Shown here: positions 33,584-45,103 of the stretch, in pieces | Numbering within the stretch: position 1 is the stretch's first letter | How the letters are laid out: the number at the start of each line of letters is the position of its first letter | NCBI GenBank assembly: GCA_030141605.1 | Contig: JAQGDQ010000727.1 | Span: 1 to 64,000 of the forward strand | DNA length: 64,000 nucleotides | From: Tubiluchus corallicola | Lineage: Eukaryota; Animalia; Priapulida | Direction of reading: 5' to 3' | The notes under the pieces: model-generated | Told to the model about the DNA's origin: nothing | Seen by the model: only the letters and a program-made list of their open reading frames with translations | The model's database searches: none | Program-made: the position numbers and the translations under genes

Positions 33584-34540
33584 CTAATATATTTCTTTAG
33601 CTATTCTTTTGATACTTTGGCTCGCGAGCATTGTATAGAAATGTAATGATGGAACTTTATTTTTTATTAATTCCTTACATTGATGTATTGCCCATTCTTC
33701 ACCTACTTGCTGCATTTGTTGGTCTGTTTTACATTTTTCAGCCTCTTTCAGAAAGTCTAAAGGCAGTTCTATTCCAAATAAACTGGGTAACAGTTTCACT
33801 TGTCGCAGTTTTGTCAATGGTTTTATACCCGGTATAATAGGCACATTGATGCCTTCTTTTTTAACTTTTCGCTTAAAGTCAATAAATTTTTGATTGTCAA
33901 AAAACATTTGAGTTACTATATACTTTGCTCCTGCTTTCACTTTATTTTTCAAGTGTTCTATATCCATTGCTAAATTGGAAGAGTCTCCGTGTTTCTCTGG
34001 GTAGCCAGCTACTCCATAGGTAAACTTATGTGATAAAGGGTCGAAAGTAGTTCCATCCGAATATTTGCCTTTGTTGAAATCCTCTACCTGATGTATCAGG
34101 TCTATAGCATATTGATTCTGCTCTCCTTCGGGAATTATTTCTACTTTATTTTTTAGGTTGTCGCCTTTGAGTAATAGCAGGTCAAAAATACCCAAAAATG
34201 AAAGGTCAATAAGGGCGTATTCAGTTTCTATTTTCGAGAAACCACTGCATATTACGTGTGGTACTACGTTTATCTTATACTTATTGAGTATGGCAGAGGC
34301 TACTGCTACTGTTCCCGGCCGACGGCTCAATCTATGTTCTGTAAAGGAACCGTTTTCATTTTTTTTGTGGATAACTTCGTCTCTATGAGCTGTTATATTA
34401 ATGTATTTGGGGTCAAATTCTAAAAGGTCGTCTATAATGTTATAAACTTTGTTTATAGCATTGCCTTTTAGAGGCGGTAGCACTTCAAAAGAAAATAGAG
34501 TTTTATTTGCCTGTGTAAGATAATCTGCTACTGAGTTCAC
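33584..34540 (-). CDS. metF: Methylenetetrahydrofolate reductase
   Basis: FSFEVLPP, VAGYPEKH, VTQMFFD, LHFYT. Confidence 0.93.
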   Translation of the reverse strand: MNSVADYLTQANKTLFSFEVLPPLKGNAINKVYNIIDDLLEFDPKYINITAHRDEVIHKKNENGSFTEHRLSRRPGTVAVASAILNKYKINVVPHVICSGFSKIETEYALIDLSFLGIFDLLLLKGDNLKNKVEIIPEGEQNQYAIDLIHQVEDFNKGKYSDGTTFDPLSHKFTYGVAGYPEKHGDSSNLAMDIEHLKNKVKAGAKYIVTQMFFDNQKFIDFKRKVKKEGINVPIIPGIKPLTKLRQVKLLPSLFGIELPLDFLKEAEKCKTDQQMQQVGEEWAIHQCKELIKNKVPSLHFYTMLASQSIKRIAKEIY

Positions 34541-34854
34541 TTTGTATATTTTATAATAAATTACAAATACGTTTTTTCACCTTGCAAAGATAATAGCTAT
34601 TATCTATATTTATACCTTATGTAAGGTTTTTAATTGATAATATTTGCTAAATGGGAATAGAATTTTTTATCTATCATTAATAATCTTTTCTTTTTTGGAG
34701 GCGTAAAGCGGTAAAAGATGTTTTACTTAGAGCAAAAACATACAATTTAGCTTATGTTTTTATAGGGCAGAAGGGGAAGGCATAGCATATTCAAACAATA
34801 GGCTTTCAGTAATTGGTATTATATTTTATATCTTTGTTCATTTAAAAATTAATT

Positions 34855-35613
34855 TTGAGGAATAAATTGTATAAAATAATTTCAGGAAATTCCATAGACA
34901 AGAAACTTATATGTAGCGAGACTGTAGATTTAACGATAACCTCTCCACCATATAATGTAGGGCTTAATTACAATAGCAATAATGACACTTTGAGTTATAA
35001 AGATTATTTATTATTTACTAAAAAGTGGCTAGGCAATGTGTACTATTGGACAAAGCACACCGGTAGAATGTGCCTTAATATACCACTGGATAAAAATAAA
35101 GGAGGGCAACAAAGTGTTGGAGCAGATATTACTAAAGTAGCAAAAGATATTGGTTGGAAATACCATTCTACAATAATTTGGAATGAAGGGAATATATCTC
35201 GTAGAACAGCATGGGGAAGTTTTTGTTCTGCTTCTGCCCCTTATGTAATAGCTCCTGTTGAGTTAATTCTTGTGCTGTACAAAGGCGAATGGAAAAGAGA
35301 ACGTCAAGGGGAAAACGATATTTCTAAACAAGAATTTATAGATTGGACAAAAGGAATATGGGCATTTAATGGAGAAAGTAAAAAAAGAATTGGGCACCCA
35401 GCACCATTTCCCAAAGAACTTCCTAAACGCTGTATAAAAATGTTTAGTTTTAAAGGAGATACAATTTTAGACCCTTTTTTAGGAAGTGGAACTACTATTA
35501 TAGAAGCTATAAATAATAATAGGCAAGCCATTGGTATCGAAATAGATAAAACATATGAAAAGTTGGCAGCTAATAGGATAGCCCAAGAATGTCTAAATAA
35601 ATTAGCCCTATGA
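34855..35613 (+). CDS. DNA methyltransferase, N4/N6 beta class (SPPY, probably m4C)
   Basis: TSPPY, HPAPFP, LDPFLGSGTT. Confidence 0.93.
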   Translation: MRNKLYKIISGNSIDKKLICSETVDLTITSPPYNVGLNYNSNNDTLSYKDYLLFTKKWLGNVYYWTKHTGRMCLNIPLDKNKGGQQSVGADITKVAKDIGWKYHSTIIWNEGNISRRTAWGSFCSASAPYVIAPVELILVLYKGEWKRERQGENDISKQEFIDWTKGIWAFNGESKKRIGHPAPFPKELPKRCIKMFSFKGDTILDPFLGSGTTIIEAINNNRQAIGIEIDKTYEKLAANRIAQECLNKLAL

Positions 35614-36194
35614 GCAAAAAATACACACAAGAAGATATTCTCAAAGAATACTATATACAAAACCCTAATAGAGATATATCACATCCCGAAGTGGTGGATT
35701 GGGTTACCAGTGAATATAAAAAAAGAACAGGTAATATATTTAGGGACCCAGACAGAGGCATAAGAAAGTTAGCACAGAATGGCTTTTTAATAAAAATATC
35801 TAAAGGTGTATATAGATATGATCCTAATTATATAACAAATAAAAATTTAGAAGACTTTACCCCTCAGCAAAAAAAGCAAATATTAGAAAGAGATGGTTAT
35901 AAGTGTGTTATATGTGGAAAAGGACAACAAAATGGAGTAGAGTTACACGTAGACCATATAAAACCTAAAGAATATGGAGGAAAAGCAACTGTTGAAAATG
36001 GACAAGTACTTTGTGCACAACACAATTTTCAAAAGAAAACCCTAAAACAAACCGAAACAGGCAAAAAAATGTTTATGCGGATGTATGAACTTGCTAAAAA
36101 AGAAAATCATTTACAATTGATAAACTTCACTAAGGAGATTTTAAAAACATTTGACAAACATGATATCAATGGTCATATAGAATGGGAAGAATAG
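35610..36194 (+). CDS. HNH endonuclease, probable cognate restriction enzyme
   Basis: RDGYKCVICG..LHVDHIKP..GG..NGQVLC..HN; ATGA overlap with the MTase. Confidence 0.85.
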   Translation: MSKKYTQEDILKEYYIQNPNRDISHPEVVDWVTSEYKKRTGNIFRDPDRGIRKLAQNGFLIKISKGVYRYDPNYITNKNLEDFTPQQKKQILERDGYKCVICGKGQQNGVELHVDHIKPKEYGGKATVENGQVLCAQHNFQKKTLKQTETGKKMFMRMYELAKKENHLQLINFTKEILKTFDKHDINGHIEWEE

Positions 36195-36591
36195 AAAAAT
36201 ATGTACTTTCTTAATAGGTTTGTATTATGATAACAACTTTTTAAAAATGTAAATAGCACTAACTTTAAATCCGTTTTAAGAGCTTAAAAATAAAGATAGT
36301 CAAACCATACATTCTCACAGCACTTTCTGTTTTCAAAAAATTGTTTTTAACGCCTCTTGCAAATTCAATAAAATTAGAATTATAATAAATCAAAGAAAAG
36401 TTAGTTAAAGTTTATATAAGAGATAGGAAAAATAGTAAAAACCATTATTCCTATGATTTGTTATAAGGTAGGCCTAAGATGCCTGTTAATAAGTTAAGGC
36501 AGGTATGATATATATTTATTACCTTTGCAAGATTTTAACTTAATAGCCTATACAAATTTTATATTTTGTCATATAGGAGTTTTTTTGTTTT

Positions 36592-38361
36592 ATGAAACAA
36601 CAGAGTTGGCTTACAAGGTTTTTAATTTGGCGAATTAGACACATTAAACAAAGACAGTTTATTTTATCTCTAAGTTTCGTTATTGGTATATTAAGTGGTT
36701 TGGCTGCTGTATTTTTGAAGAATGCTGTTTATTTCACACATAGGCTTATTACCTCTTCTCCTGAACATAACAACTGGTATTTTATACTTCCTATAATAGG
36801 TATTTTCCTTACAATGCTCTTCGTTCGTTATGGTATCAAGGACAAGATAAGTCACGGGGTTACACGTATTTTATTTGCCATTTCAAGAAAAAACAGTAAG
36901 ACGAAACCTCATAATAACTATTCGTCTATGATTGCCAGCACACTGACAATAGGTTTCGGTGGTTCGGTAGGAACAGAGGCTCCCATTGTTCTTACAGGTG
37001 CTTCTTTGGGTTCGTGGTTAGGTCGTCTTTTTCATTTAAATTACAAGACTGTTACTTTACTTCTGGGATGCGGTGCTGCAGGTGCTATTGCAGGTATCTT
37101 TAAGGCTCCTATTGCAGGTATTATTTTTACACTTGAAGTTTTGATGTTGGATTTAACAATGGCCTCCCTCATTCCGTTAATGATATCAACAGTTACCGCT
37201 GCTACGATAGGTTATCTCTTTATGGGCGATGGGGTGCTGCTTTCTCCTTCTATACCTCAGGTCGATGGCTTTCAATATTTTCCTTATTATTTGCTTTTGG
37301 GTATTTTTACAGGGCTTATTTCTGTTTATTTCAACAGGGGGGTGATGTATATAGAAGGAATATTTTTGAAAATAAGAAACCCTTTTCAAAAAGTTATAAT
37401 TGGAGGAGGGCTATTGGGAGTTGTTGTATTCTTATTTCCCCCATTATTTGGCGAGGGGTTTGAAACCTTGTCTAAAATATTGGAAGGAAGAGGTTCTGAT
37501 ATCTCCACACATTCGTTTTTCAATGTTTTAAAAAACAACTATTGGTTTATTTTAATTTATTTGATTTTCATTCTTTTTTTTAAGACTATTGCTACATCAA
37601 TAACCACAGGGGGAGGTGGTGTGGGAGGAATTTTTGCCCCTACTTTATTTATGGGAGGTGTTGCAGGGTACTTTGTGTCAATTATAATAAACAAGTTGCA
37701 TTTCATCAAACTGTCCGAAAGCAACTTTGCCTTAGCAGGTATGGCAGGTATGATGTCGGGGGTGATGCACGCTCCATTAACTGCTATTTTCCTCATTGCT
37801 GAAATTACAGGTGGATACAATCTCCTTATCCCTCTGATGCTTACTTCTACAATGGGCTACTTAACAAATGTGTATTTCGAGCGTCATTCATTCTATGCTA
37901 AGAAACTCGCTTTAAAGGGGCAATTAATTACCCACAACAAGGACAGAGCAGTATTAACTCTTTTAAAATTGAACAAAGTTATTGAAAAAGATTTAACTAC
38001 TATTGACCCTGAGGCTAGCCTTAGGGAGCTAATAAATGCTATTTCAAAATCTAAAAGAAATATCTTTCCTGTAGTAGATGCAGAAGGTGTTTTACAAGGT
38101 ATTATACTATTGGACGATATAAGAGATATAATGTTCAATGCTGACAAATATGATACCACGTTTGTAAAAGATTTGATGATTTCTCCCGACGACTTTGTAT
38201 CTCCTAACGATAGTATGGATAAAGTAATGAAAGTGTTCACAGAAACGGAAGCGTGGAACTTACCGGTGATTGATAAAAACGGAAAATATGTTGGCTTTGT
38301 CTCTAAATCCAAAATTTTCTCCTCTTATAGAAGAGTGTTGGTAAATTTTTCAGATGAATAA
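36592..38361 (+). CDS. ClC chloride channel / H+/Cl- antiporter with CBS domains
   Basis: GGSVGTEAP, GGIFAPTL, C-terminal CBS pair. Confidence 0.93.
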   Translation: MKQQSWLTRFLIWRIRHIKQRQFILSLSFVIGILSGLAAVFLKNAVYFTHRLITSSPEHNNWYFILPIIGIFLTMLFVRYGIKDKISHGVTRILFAISRKNSKTKPHNNYSSMIASTLTIGFGGSVGTEAPIVLTGASLGSWLGRLFHLNYKTVTLLLGCGAAGAIAGIFKAPIAGIIFTLEVLMLDLTMASLIPLMISTVTAATIGYLFMGDGVLLSPSIPQVDGFQYFPYYLLLGIFTGLISVYFNRGVMYIEGIFLKIRNPFQKVIIGGGLLGVVVFLFPPLFGEGFETLSKILEGRGSDISTHSFFNVLKNNYWFILIYLIFILFFKTIATSITTGGGGVGGIFAPTLFMGGVAGYFVSIIINKLHFIKLSESNFALAGMAGMMSGVMHAPLTAIFLIAEITGGYNLLIPLMLTSTMGYLTNVYFERHSFYAKKLALKGQLITHNKDRAVLTLLKLNKVIEKDLTTIDPEASLRELINAISKSKRNIFPVVDAEGVLQGIILLDDIRDIMFNADKYDTTFVKDLMISPDDFVSPNDSMDKVMKVFTETEAWNLPVIDKNGKYVGFVSKSKIFSSYRRVLVNFSDE

Positions 38362-38375
38362 GGAGAAATACAAAT

Positions 38376-38402
38376 TAGGGGCTACAAATCTGCAACCCCT
38401 AT
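38376..38402. terminator. Hairpin between convergent clc and mdh
   Basis: taggggctaca-aatc-tgcaaccccta, imperfect stem. Confidence 0.5.
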
Positions 38403-38428
38403 ATAAATAAAGTAAAGCTATTAAAAAC

Positions 38429-39367
38429 TTAATCCATAATATTCATATCATCTAGTACCTTCATCACATCTTTTACTGCATTGGATGAAGTTTCTAAATC
38501 TTTTTTCTCTTCTGCATTAAGATCTATTTCTATTATTTTCTCAATACCCGCTTTACCTAATACTACTGGTACGCCAAGATAGATATTCTTCAAGCCATAT
38601 TCTCCGTTGAGAAGAGAACACACTGGGAATACACGTTTTTGGTCTTTCACTATAGCTTCGACCATTTGTGCTGCTGCTACTCCGGGAGCATACCAAGCTG
38701 ATGTTCCCATAAGATTTACCAATTCGCCACCACCTTTTTTAGTTCTTTCAAGTATAGCATCTAATCTGCTTTTTTCTACCAACTGTGTCACGGGAATTCC
38801 TCCTACTGTAGTATAACGAGGTAGAGGTACCATAGTATCACCGTGTCCACCCATTAGAAGTGCCTGTATATCCTTAGGAGAAACATTCAATTCTTCGGCA
38901 AGAAAAGCTCTATAACGAGCAGTATCCAATATCCCTGCCATACCAAATACCTTTGAAGAGTCTTTCTTAGCAGTAAGGTAAGCCGCATAGGTCATTACAT
39001 CCAACGGATTAGACACTACAATGATAATTGCATCAGGCGAGTACTTTACGACATTTTCGGTAACTGACTTTACAATACCTGCATTAGTAGCAATAAGGTC
39101 ATCTCTACTCATTCCCGGTTTTCTTGGTAATCCAGAAGTAATGACTACTACCTCTGACCCTGCTGTTTTAGAGTAATCATTGGTTGATCCAACAGTTCTT
39201 GTATCATACAAATTAATGGGAGCAGTTTGCCATATATCAAGCGATTTTCCTTCAGCTATACCCTCCTTGATATCTAACAATACTACCTCGTTAGCAAGTT
39301 CTTTTTGTGCAATGTCATTAGCACAAGTGGCACCCACATTTCCTGCACCTACTACAGTTACTTTCAT
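38429..39367 (-). CDS. mdh: Malate dehydrogenase
   Basis: VVGAGNVG, PRKPGMSRDDL, GGHGD. Confidence 0.96.
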   Translation of the reverse strand: MKVTVVGAGNVGATCANDIAQKELANEVVLLDIKEGIAEGKSLDIWQTAPINLYDTRTVGSTNDYSKTAGSEVVVITSGLPRKPGMSRDDLIATNAGIVKSVTENVVKYSPDAIIIVVSNPLDVMTYAAYLTAKKDSSKVFGMAGILDTARYRAFLAEELNVSPKDIQALLMGGHGDTMVPLPRYTTVGGIPVTQLVEKSRLDAILERTKKGGGELVNLMGTSAWYAPGVAAAQMVEAIVKDQKRVFPVCSLLNGEYGLKNIYLGVPVVLGKAGIEKIIEIDLNAEEKKDLETSSNAVKDVMKVLDDMNIMD

Positions 39368-39474
39368 AGTTTCTCTATTTTTTATTAAAATTTTAATGAA
39401 TTAATAATTGGACAAATTTAATAAAATTAATGATTTATACTTTACTGTTTTTTGGTTAAAAAAAGATTTATATT

Positions 39475-41472
39475 TTATTCAAAGTCAGTTGCTATTACTT
39501 TTATTTCAGTACGCCTATTAATTTCTTTAGCTATTTCTTTTTGGCTTTCTTGAGAGAAGTTTTCTATATATTTTTCTGTGAGCAGTGCATTTTCGCGTAA
39601 AAATTCATATTTCTCTGATAGAGCCTTATCTACTCGTTTAGGACTAGATTCTCCATATCCTTTAGAGACAAGTCTTCTAGGAGAAATACCGTTCTTAATA
39701 AGATAATTAATTACTACTTGGGCTCTTTGTTGTGAAAGCACTAGGTTGGACTGCTCACTACCTATATGGTCAGTATGTGCTCCTATTTCTATTTTGATAT
39801 TAGGATTAATAGAAAGTAGGTCTATAAGATAAGTAAGTCCTTCTACTGATTCCTCAGTAAGTTCATAAGAACCTGATTTATAAAGTATATTAGATACTTC
39901 TATTGCATCAGTAATTGAGTTAAGTTTTATCGTATTGTTAAAATCTTTACTTTGAAGAAGCCCTACGGTGGAAATTCTTCCTTTTTCATTTAAATACTGC
40001 TCGGATTGAACAACGTAAATATAGTCTGTATTTTTTCTAAGATTATAAAGAAAGGTGCCATCTGTTTGTGGAGTTATTTTTTTGATAGTTCCATCATTTC
40101 CTATTATTTTTAGTGTAGCATCTGAAATAGGTTTATTCGATTTAGTTTCTACTATTTGTCCAAGTAATCTGAAACGTATAGCTGGTAGATGAAAACTATA
40201 AATATCGTCTCCTCCCCTTCCTCCTTTTCTATTAGAGGTGAAAAATCCTCGTTCCTCTTCATTGCTCAATCCATCCTCAAAAATAATGCTAAAATCATCG
40301 CTAGAGGAGTTGATAGGTGGAGGCAAATGTTCAATTGTCCATTTTTCTGTAATGGGACTGTATTTTGCTTGAAAAATGTCTAAGCCCCCAAATCCTATAT
40401 GATGATCGGAGGAGAAGAAAAGAACATCATCTTTCCTAATATAAGGAAATACCTCGTTCCCTATTGTATTCACATCTTCTCCAAGGTTTTCAGGAGGACC
40501 CCACTTAGCAGAAATATTATTCCTTTCTATTTTCCAAATATCATACCCTCCGTATCCTCCTTCCATATTGGAAGTAAAATATAATGTTAGACCATCTCCT
40601 GAGATACTAGGATGGGCAAAGACCAGACTACTGTCCTCTAATATTTCTAAAACTTCGGCTTCTTGCCACTCTCCATTTTTTTCTACGGAATGAAATATCT
40701 TTACTCCTAATACTTGATTTTCTATTTTCAGATTGCGAGAAAAATACATTTCTGTTTTTAAGCTGTTAAGCGATGGTGTTCCTTCATCATCCTCTGTATT
40801 AATGCTTTCATTCATTTTTGTGGGAACTGTCCATCTGCTTTTTTCCTGCTGTGTAGCAAGAAAAATATCTCCTTCTTTCATCCCTGTTATTTTACTTTTT
40901 TTTGAGCCTGTAGCTTCTTTTCGCGAGGAAGAAAAAAAGATACTCCTATAAGTATCATCACTATACGCAGGTGCATAGTCGTTCTGTCGAGAATTGAGTT
41001 GCTTCATATTTTCGACAATGTACTTTTGGGGGTTCTCCAATCTGTCCAAAGTGTACTGACAGGCTTCTAAGCCTAGTTGACTAAGATTTTTTAGAGAATC
41101 ATTAGAAACAGTTTCATTATACTCCTCATATACTTCAATAGCTTGTTCATATTTGCCATTCATTCTAAGTACGTCAGCATAACTCAGGATATAAGTTTCA
41201 TCTTCGTATTTCAACAGTTTAAGGCGTCGGTAATACATTTCTGCTTTTCTTGCATTGCTTACCTTGTGGAGGGATTTAGCTATTTTGTAAGCTACCTCTT
41301 TTTTTTGGTCTCGGTCTTTTATTCTTTTATACACATTATTGTATTGTGCAGCAGCCCTGTCATATTCTCCTGCTTCATAGGATTTGTCTGCTTTTTGAAT
41401 GGCCTTTTTAACAGAGCAGGAAGAAAAAATAATAAGCAAGAACAGAAAACAATATGCTTTTTTATTTAGCAT
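39475..41472 (-). CDS. TPR-PD40-OmpA lipoprotein (PorE-like, T9SS-associated)
   Basis: Lipobox FSSC, TPR, GGYGGYDIW/GGLDIF PD40 repeats, AHTD..NLVLSQQRA..NRRTE. Confidence 0.85.
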   Translation of the reverse strand: MLNKKAYCFLFLLIIFSSCSVKKAIQKADKSYEAGEYDRAAAQYNNVYKRIKDRDQKKEVAYKIAKSLHKVSNARKAEMYYRRLKLLKYEDETYILSYADVLRMNGKYEQAIEVYEEYNETVSNDSLKNLSQLGLEACQYTLDRLENPQKYIVENMKQLNSRQNDYAPAYSDDTYRSIFFSSSRKEATGSKKSKITGMKEGDIFLATQQEKSRWTVPTKMNESINTEDDEGTPSLNSLKTEMYFSRNLKIENQVLGVKIFHSVEKNGEWQEAEVLEILEDSSLVFAHPSISGDGLTLYFTSNMEGGYGGYDIWKIERNNISAKWGPPENLGEDVNTIGNEVFPYIRKDDVLFFSSDHHIGFGGLDIFQAKYSPITEKWTIEHLPPPINSSSDDFSIIFEDGLSNEEERGFFTSNRKGGRGGDDIYSFHLPAIRFRLLGQIVETKSNKPISDATLKIIGNDGTIKKITPQTDGTFLYNLRKNTDYIYVVQSEQYLNEKGRISTVGLLQSKDFNNTIKLNSITDAIEVSNILYKSGSYELTEESVEGLTYLIDLLSINPNIKIEIGAHTDHIGSEQSNLVLSQQRAQVVINYLIKNGISPRRLVSKGYGESSPKRVDKALSEKYEFLRENALLTEKYIENFSQESQKEIAKEINRRTEIKVIATDFE

Positions 41473-41646
41473 TCGTATTGTATGTTGGTTATAATATGAA
41501 CGAAGCTGTATGAAAAGTAGTATTTAATTTTGGCAAAGATACTTGCTTTTGCAGGTATGACATACTACTTATTAGCACGCTATACATTAAATTCTGTATC
41601 TAAAAACTAAATTCTTTTGATTCTTTTTTATTTTTCAGCTTTTTTG

Positions 41647-43953
41647 TTATTTCTTCTTTTTAGAGTTTGCTTTTATAATTTCTTGACATTGCTTGTAAGT
41701 CAATTGGCTTGCATTTTCCTTTTGCTCCTTAGGTATGCGATAGTTATTTTTTCGATGTTTAATGTAAGCTCCCCAGCGTCCGTTAAGTATTTGTAGTTCA
41801 GAGTCTTCATCAAATATCTTAACAACTTTATTACGGTCTTTCTCTCTTTTCTCCTCAATAAGCTCTATGGCTTTTTCAAGTTGTATCTCTAAAGGGTCTA
41901 TATCTTTGGGTATAGAAGTAAATTTAGAAAGATGTTTTATATAGGGGCCAAACCTTCCTATGTTTACATCTACAGGTTTATCTTCATAATCTCCAAGAGT
42001 GCGGGGTAGTTTAAATAGTTCTAAAGCTTCTTCTAGTGTGATAGTCTCTATGTACTGTCCTTTACGAAGGCTAGCAAATCGAGGTTTTTCTTTTCCATCC
42101 CCTCCATTACCAAATTGTGCTAAAGGCCCATAACGTCCTATTCTTACTATAATATCTTCGCCTGTTTTAGGGTCTTGTCCCAGCCGGCGTTGGCTGCTTT
42201 CACGTTCTATGCCTCCTACTTCTTCTACTATAGGGTGGAATTTTTTATAGAATTTATCTATCATTCCGTTCCATTGTATCTCTCCAGTTGCTATATGATC
42301 TAATTCTTCCTCCACTTTGGCAGTAAAATTATAATCCATTATATTCTTAAAGTGCTTGACGAGAAAATCATTTACAACCATTCCTATATCCGTAGGGTAC
42401 AATTTGCCTTTTTCGACTCCCGTGTTTTCTACTTTTGTTTCTTTTTTTAGGTTATCAGGAGTAAGTGTAAGTTGGATATATTCTCTGGTTTTTCCATCCC
42501 TTTCCTCTTTTACTACATAGTTTCTATTTTGTATAGTAGATATGGTAGGAGCATAAGTAGAAGGCCGTCCAATTCCCATTTCTTCCAATTTCTTTACAAG
42601 ACTGGCTTCAGTGTAGCGGGCTGGGTGATGTGTGAAACGTTGTCGAGCAACAATTTCTTTCAACTCAAGTATATCATTCACCTTCAAAGGGGGCAGTAAA
42701 CCTTTGGTAGTCTTATCTTGTACATCATCATCAGACGACTCCATATATACACTTAAAAAACCATCAAATTTTATCACCTCACCTGTAGCTACAAAGTGGT
42801 AATCTGTATAGTTTGAAATACCTATCTTAACTGTAGTTTTTTCTAATTTAGCATCTGCCATCTGTGAGGCTATGGTTCTTTTCCATATAAGACTGTAAAG
42901 TTTTTGTTCTTGTTGTGAACCGTTGATAGTTTTATTATTAATATTGGTAGGACGTATTGCTTCGTGAGCCTCTTGTGCTCCTTTTGCTTTAGTTTTGTAT
43001 TTTCTTACTTTTATATACTCACTACCTTTAAGGTGGGTGATGGCTTCTTTAGCTTGTGCTATGGCTGTGTCAGCAAGATTTACAGAATCAGTTCTCATAT
43101 AAGTAATGATACCTGCCTCATAAAGTTTTTGTGCAACTGACATAGTACGGGCTACGGGAAATCCTAATTTTCTACTGGCTTCCTGTTGTAAGGTAGAAGT
43201 GGTAAAAGGAGGAGCAGGAGTCTTAGTGAGTGGTTTTACCGTAATGTCTTGTATAGAATAGCTAGCAGTCTTACATTTTTCCAATAACTGCATAGTTTCT
43301 TGCTCATCATTTAATTTTTTATTAAGCTCTGTTTCCAGTAAACTTTTATTGTCTTGTAACAGAAAATTTCCATTTACTCTAAAATAAGGCTTGCTTTTAA
43401 AAGCAATAATTTCTCTTTCTCTTTCTACAAGAACCCTTACAGCCACTGATTGCACCCTGCCTGCAGATAATTTACCTTGTATTTTTTTCCACAATATGGG
43501 CGACAATTCAAAACCTACAAGACGGTCTAAAACTCTACGTGCTTGTTGAGCATCTACAAGATCTTGATTGATATTACGCGGAGTTTCTACAGCTTTTAAT
43601 ATAGCAGACTTAGTAATCTCGTGAAACACAATACGTTTTACCTTATCGCTGTCTAATTTGAGTTCATCAACTATATGCCAAGCTATTGCCTCTCCTTCAC
43701 GGTCTTCATCGGAAGCGAGCCAAATAGTTTTTGCTGTTTTAGACAATTTTTTCAGTTCGCTAACAGCTTTTTTCTTGTCAGCAGGGACAATATAAACAGG
43801 GTTATAATTGTTGTCCAACTCTACACCTAAATTTTTCTTGGCGAGATCACGTATATGTCCGTAACTGGAAGTTACAAAAAAGTCTTTGCCAAGGAATTTT
43901 TCTATGGTTTTGGCTTTGGCAGGTGATTCTACTATTACTAAATTATCTTTCAT
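41647..43953 (-). CDS. topA: DNA topoisomerase I
   Basis: LVIVESPAK, SAGRVQS, ITYMRTDS, QEAHEAIRPT. Confidence 0.97.
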   Translation of the reverse strand: MKDNLVIVESPAKAKTIEKFLGKDFFVTSSYGHIRDLAKKNLGVELDNNYNPVYIVPADKKKAVSELKKLSKTAKTIWLASDEDREGEAIAWHIVDELKLDSDKVKRIVFHEITKSAILKAVETPRNINQDLVDAQQARRVLDRLVGFELSPILWKKIQGKLSAGRVQSVAVRVLVEREREIIAFKSKPYFRVNGNFLLQDNKSLLETELNKKLNDEQETMQLLEKCKTASYSIQDITVKPLTKTPAPPFTTSTLQQEASRKLGFPVARTMSVAQKLYEAGIITYMRTDSVNLADTAIAQAKEAITHLKGSEYIKVRKYKTKAKGAQEAHEAIRPTNINNKTINGSQQEQKLYSLIWKRTIASQMADAKLEKTTVKIGISNYTDYHFVATGEVIKFDGFLSVYMESSDDDVQDKTTKGLLPPLKVNDILELKEIVARQRFTHHPARYTEASLVKKLEEMGIGRPSTYAPTISTIQNRNYVVKEERDGKTREYIQLTLTPDNLKKETKVENTGVEKGKLYPTDIGMVVNDFLVKHFKNIMDYNFTAKVEEELDHIATGEIQWNGMIDKFYKKFHPIVEEVGGIERESSQRRLGQDPKTGEDIIVRIGRYGPLAQFGNGGDGKEKPRFASLRKGQYIETITLEEALELFKLPRTLGDYEDKPVDVNIGRFGPYIKHLSKFTSIPKDIDPLEIQLEKAIELIEEKREKDRNKVVKIFDEDSELQILNGRWGAYIKHRKNNYRIPKEQKENASQLTYKQCQEIIKANSKKKK

Positions 43954-44209
43954 TACTTGCCAAATTTGTATGAGGTTAAATATTTTTTTGTTACAAATTA
44001 AAGTAAATTGCTTTGCAATTGCAAAAGTAATACTTTTTAACTGTATATAAGATAGAATTATTTAATGATTACTTATAAAATTCTAATGTTGTTTTTCCAT
44101 TAAATAGCTTTCTTCTATCGAACATACCGAACTAAACGTAAAATATTGCAAAAACTTACCCCAAGTTAGCAAGTAATTGAGAGTTGTATATAATTACTAT
44201 ATTTGTAAA

Positions 44210-45097
44210 ATGAACAGTATTGTAAAACATATTATATACTTACTCCACCACAATGACTGTGTGATTCTTCCTAATTTTGGTGGTTTTGTATGTCGACATT
44301 ATCCCACACACCTAAATTTCCAAACTAACATTATACTTCCTCCTACAAAAAAGATAATGTTTAATAAAAATCTTAATTCTAATGATGGACTACTTATCAA
44401 CCACATCACCCAAATAGAAAATATTACTTATCAGACTGCCACAAAAAAACTTAACAATTTTGTAGCAGAACTCACTCAACAACTTAACACATACAAAACA
44501 ATTACGTTAGATGGTATAGGCATATTTACCCAAACTCCTGAAAATACTTTAAGCTTTGTTCCTCAAACAAATATTAATTACTTCTTACATAGCTATGGAT
44601 TAGAAAAAATTACTTCTGAAAAGTTACTCTTAAAACCAGCAGCAACACCTCAAAACATCACAGAAACAATACCTACATACATTCATCAAACACAAAATAA
44701 AACCATACAAACTATAGTAAAGGTAGCTGCTACTATTACCATACCCCTACTTATTGCTCTTGCAATATATACTACACAAGAAAATGCAGATTTAAAAAGT
44801 ATACAAACATCCATACATCAAATATTCTCGAATACTACCAATAAGCCATCTGCCCAAATAACATCGCCAACAAAATACCACCTTATTATAGGCAGTTATA
44901 AACACCTCCAAACAGCACAGCGCCAACAACAACGGCTCAAACAAGAAAACATAGCCACAAGCATACTAAAAGGAAAAAACAACCACTATCGAATATCCGT
45001 AGCCTCATACACTAACAAAGACAAAGCCTTGCAACAACTTAAATATTACAAACAACAACATTCTGACATCTGGCTGCTTACACAAAAAACACCCTAA
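44210..45097 (+). CDS. HU-CCDC81 plus SPOR domain protein
   Basis: HNDCVILPNFGGF, NDGLL, C-terminal YHLIIGSY SPOR. Confidence 0.8.
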   Translation: MNSIVKHIIYLLHHNDCVILPNFGGFVCRHYPTHLNFQTNIILPPTKKIMFNKNLNSNDGLLINHITQIENITYQTATKKLNNFVAELTQQLNTYKTITLDGIGIFTQTPENTLSFVPQTNINYFLHSYGLEKITSEKLLLKPAATPQNITETIPTYIHQTQNKTIQTIVKVAATITIPLLIALAIYTTQENADLKSIQTSIHQIFSNTTNKPSAQITSPTKYHLIIGSYKHLQTAQRQQQRLKQENIATSILKGKNNHYRISVASYTNKDKALQQLKYYKQQHSDIWLLTQKTP

Positions 45098-45103
45098 CCT
45101 TCT

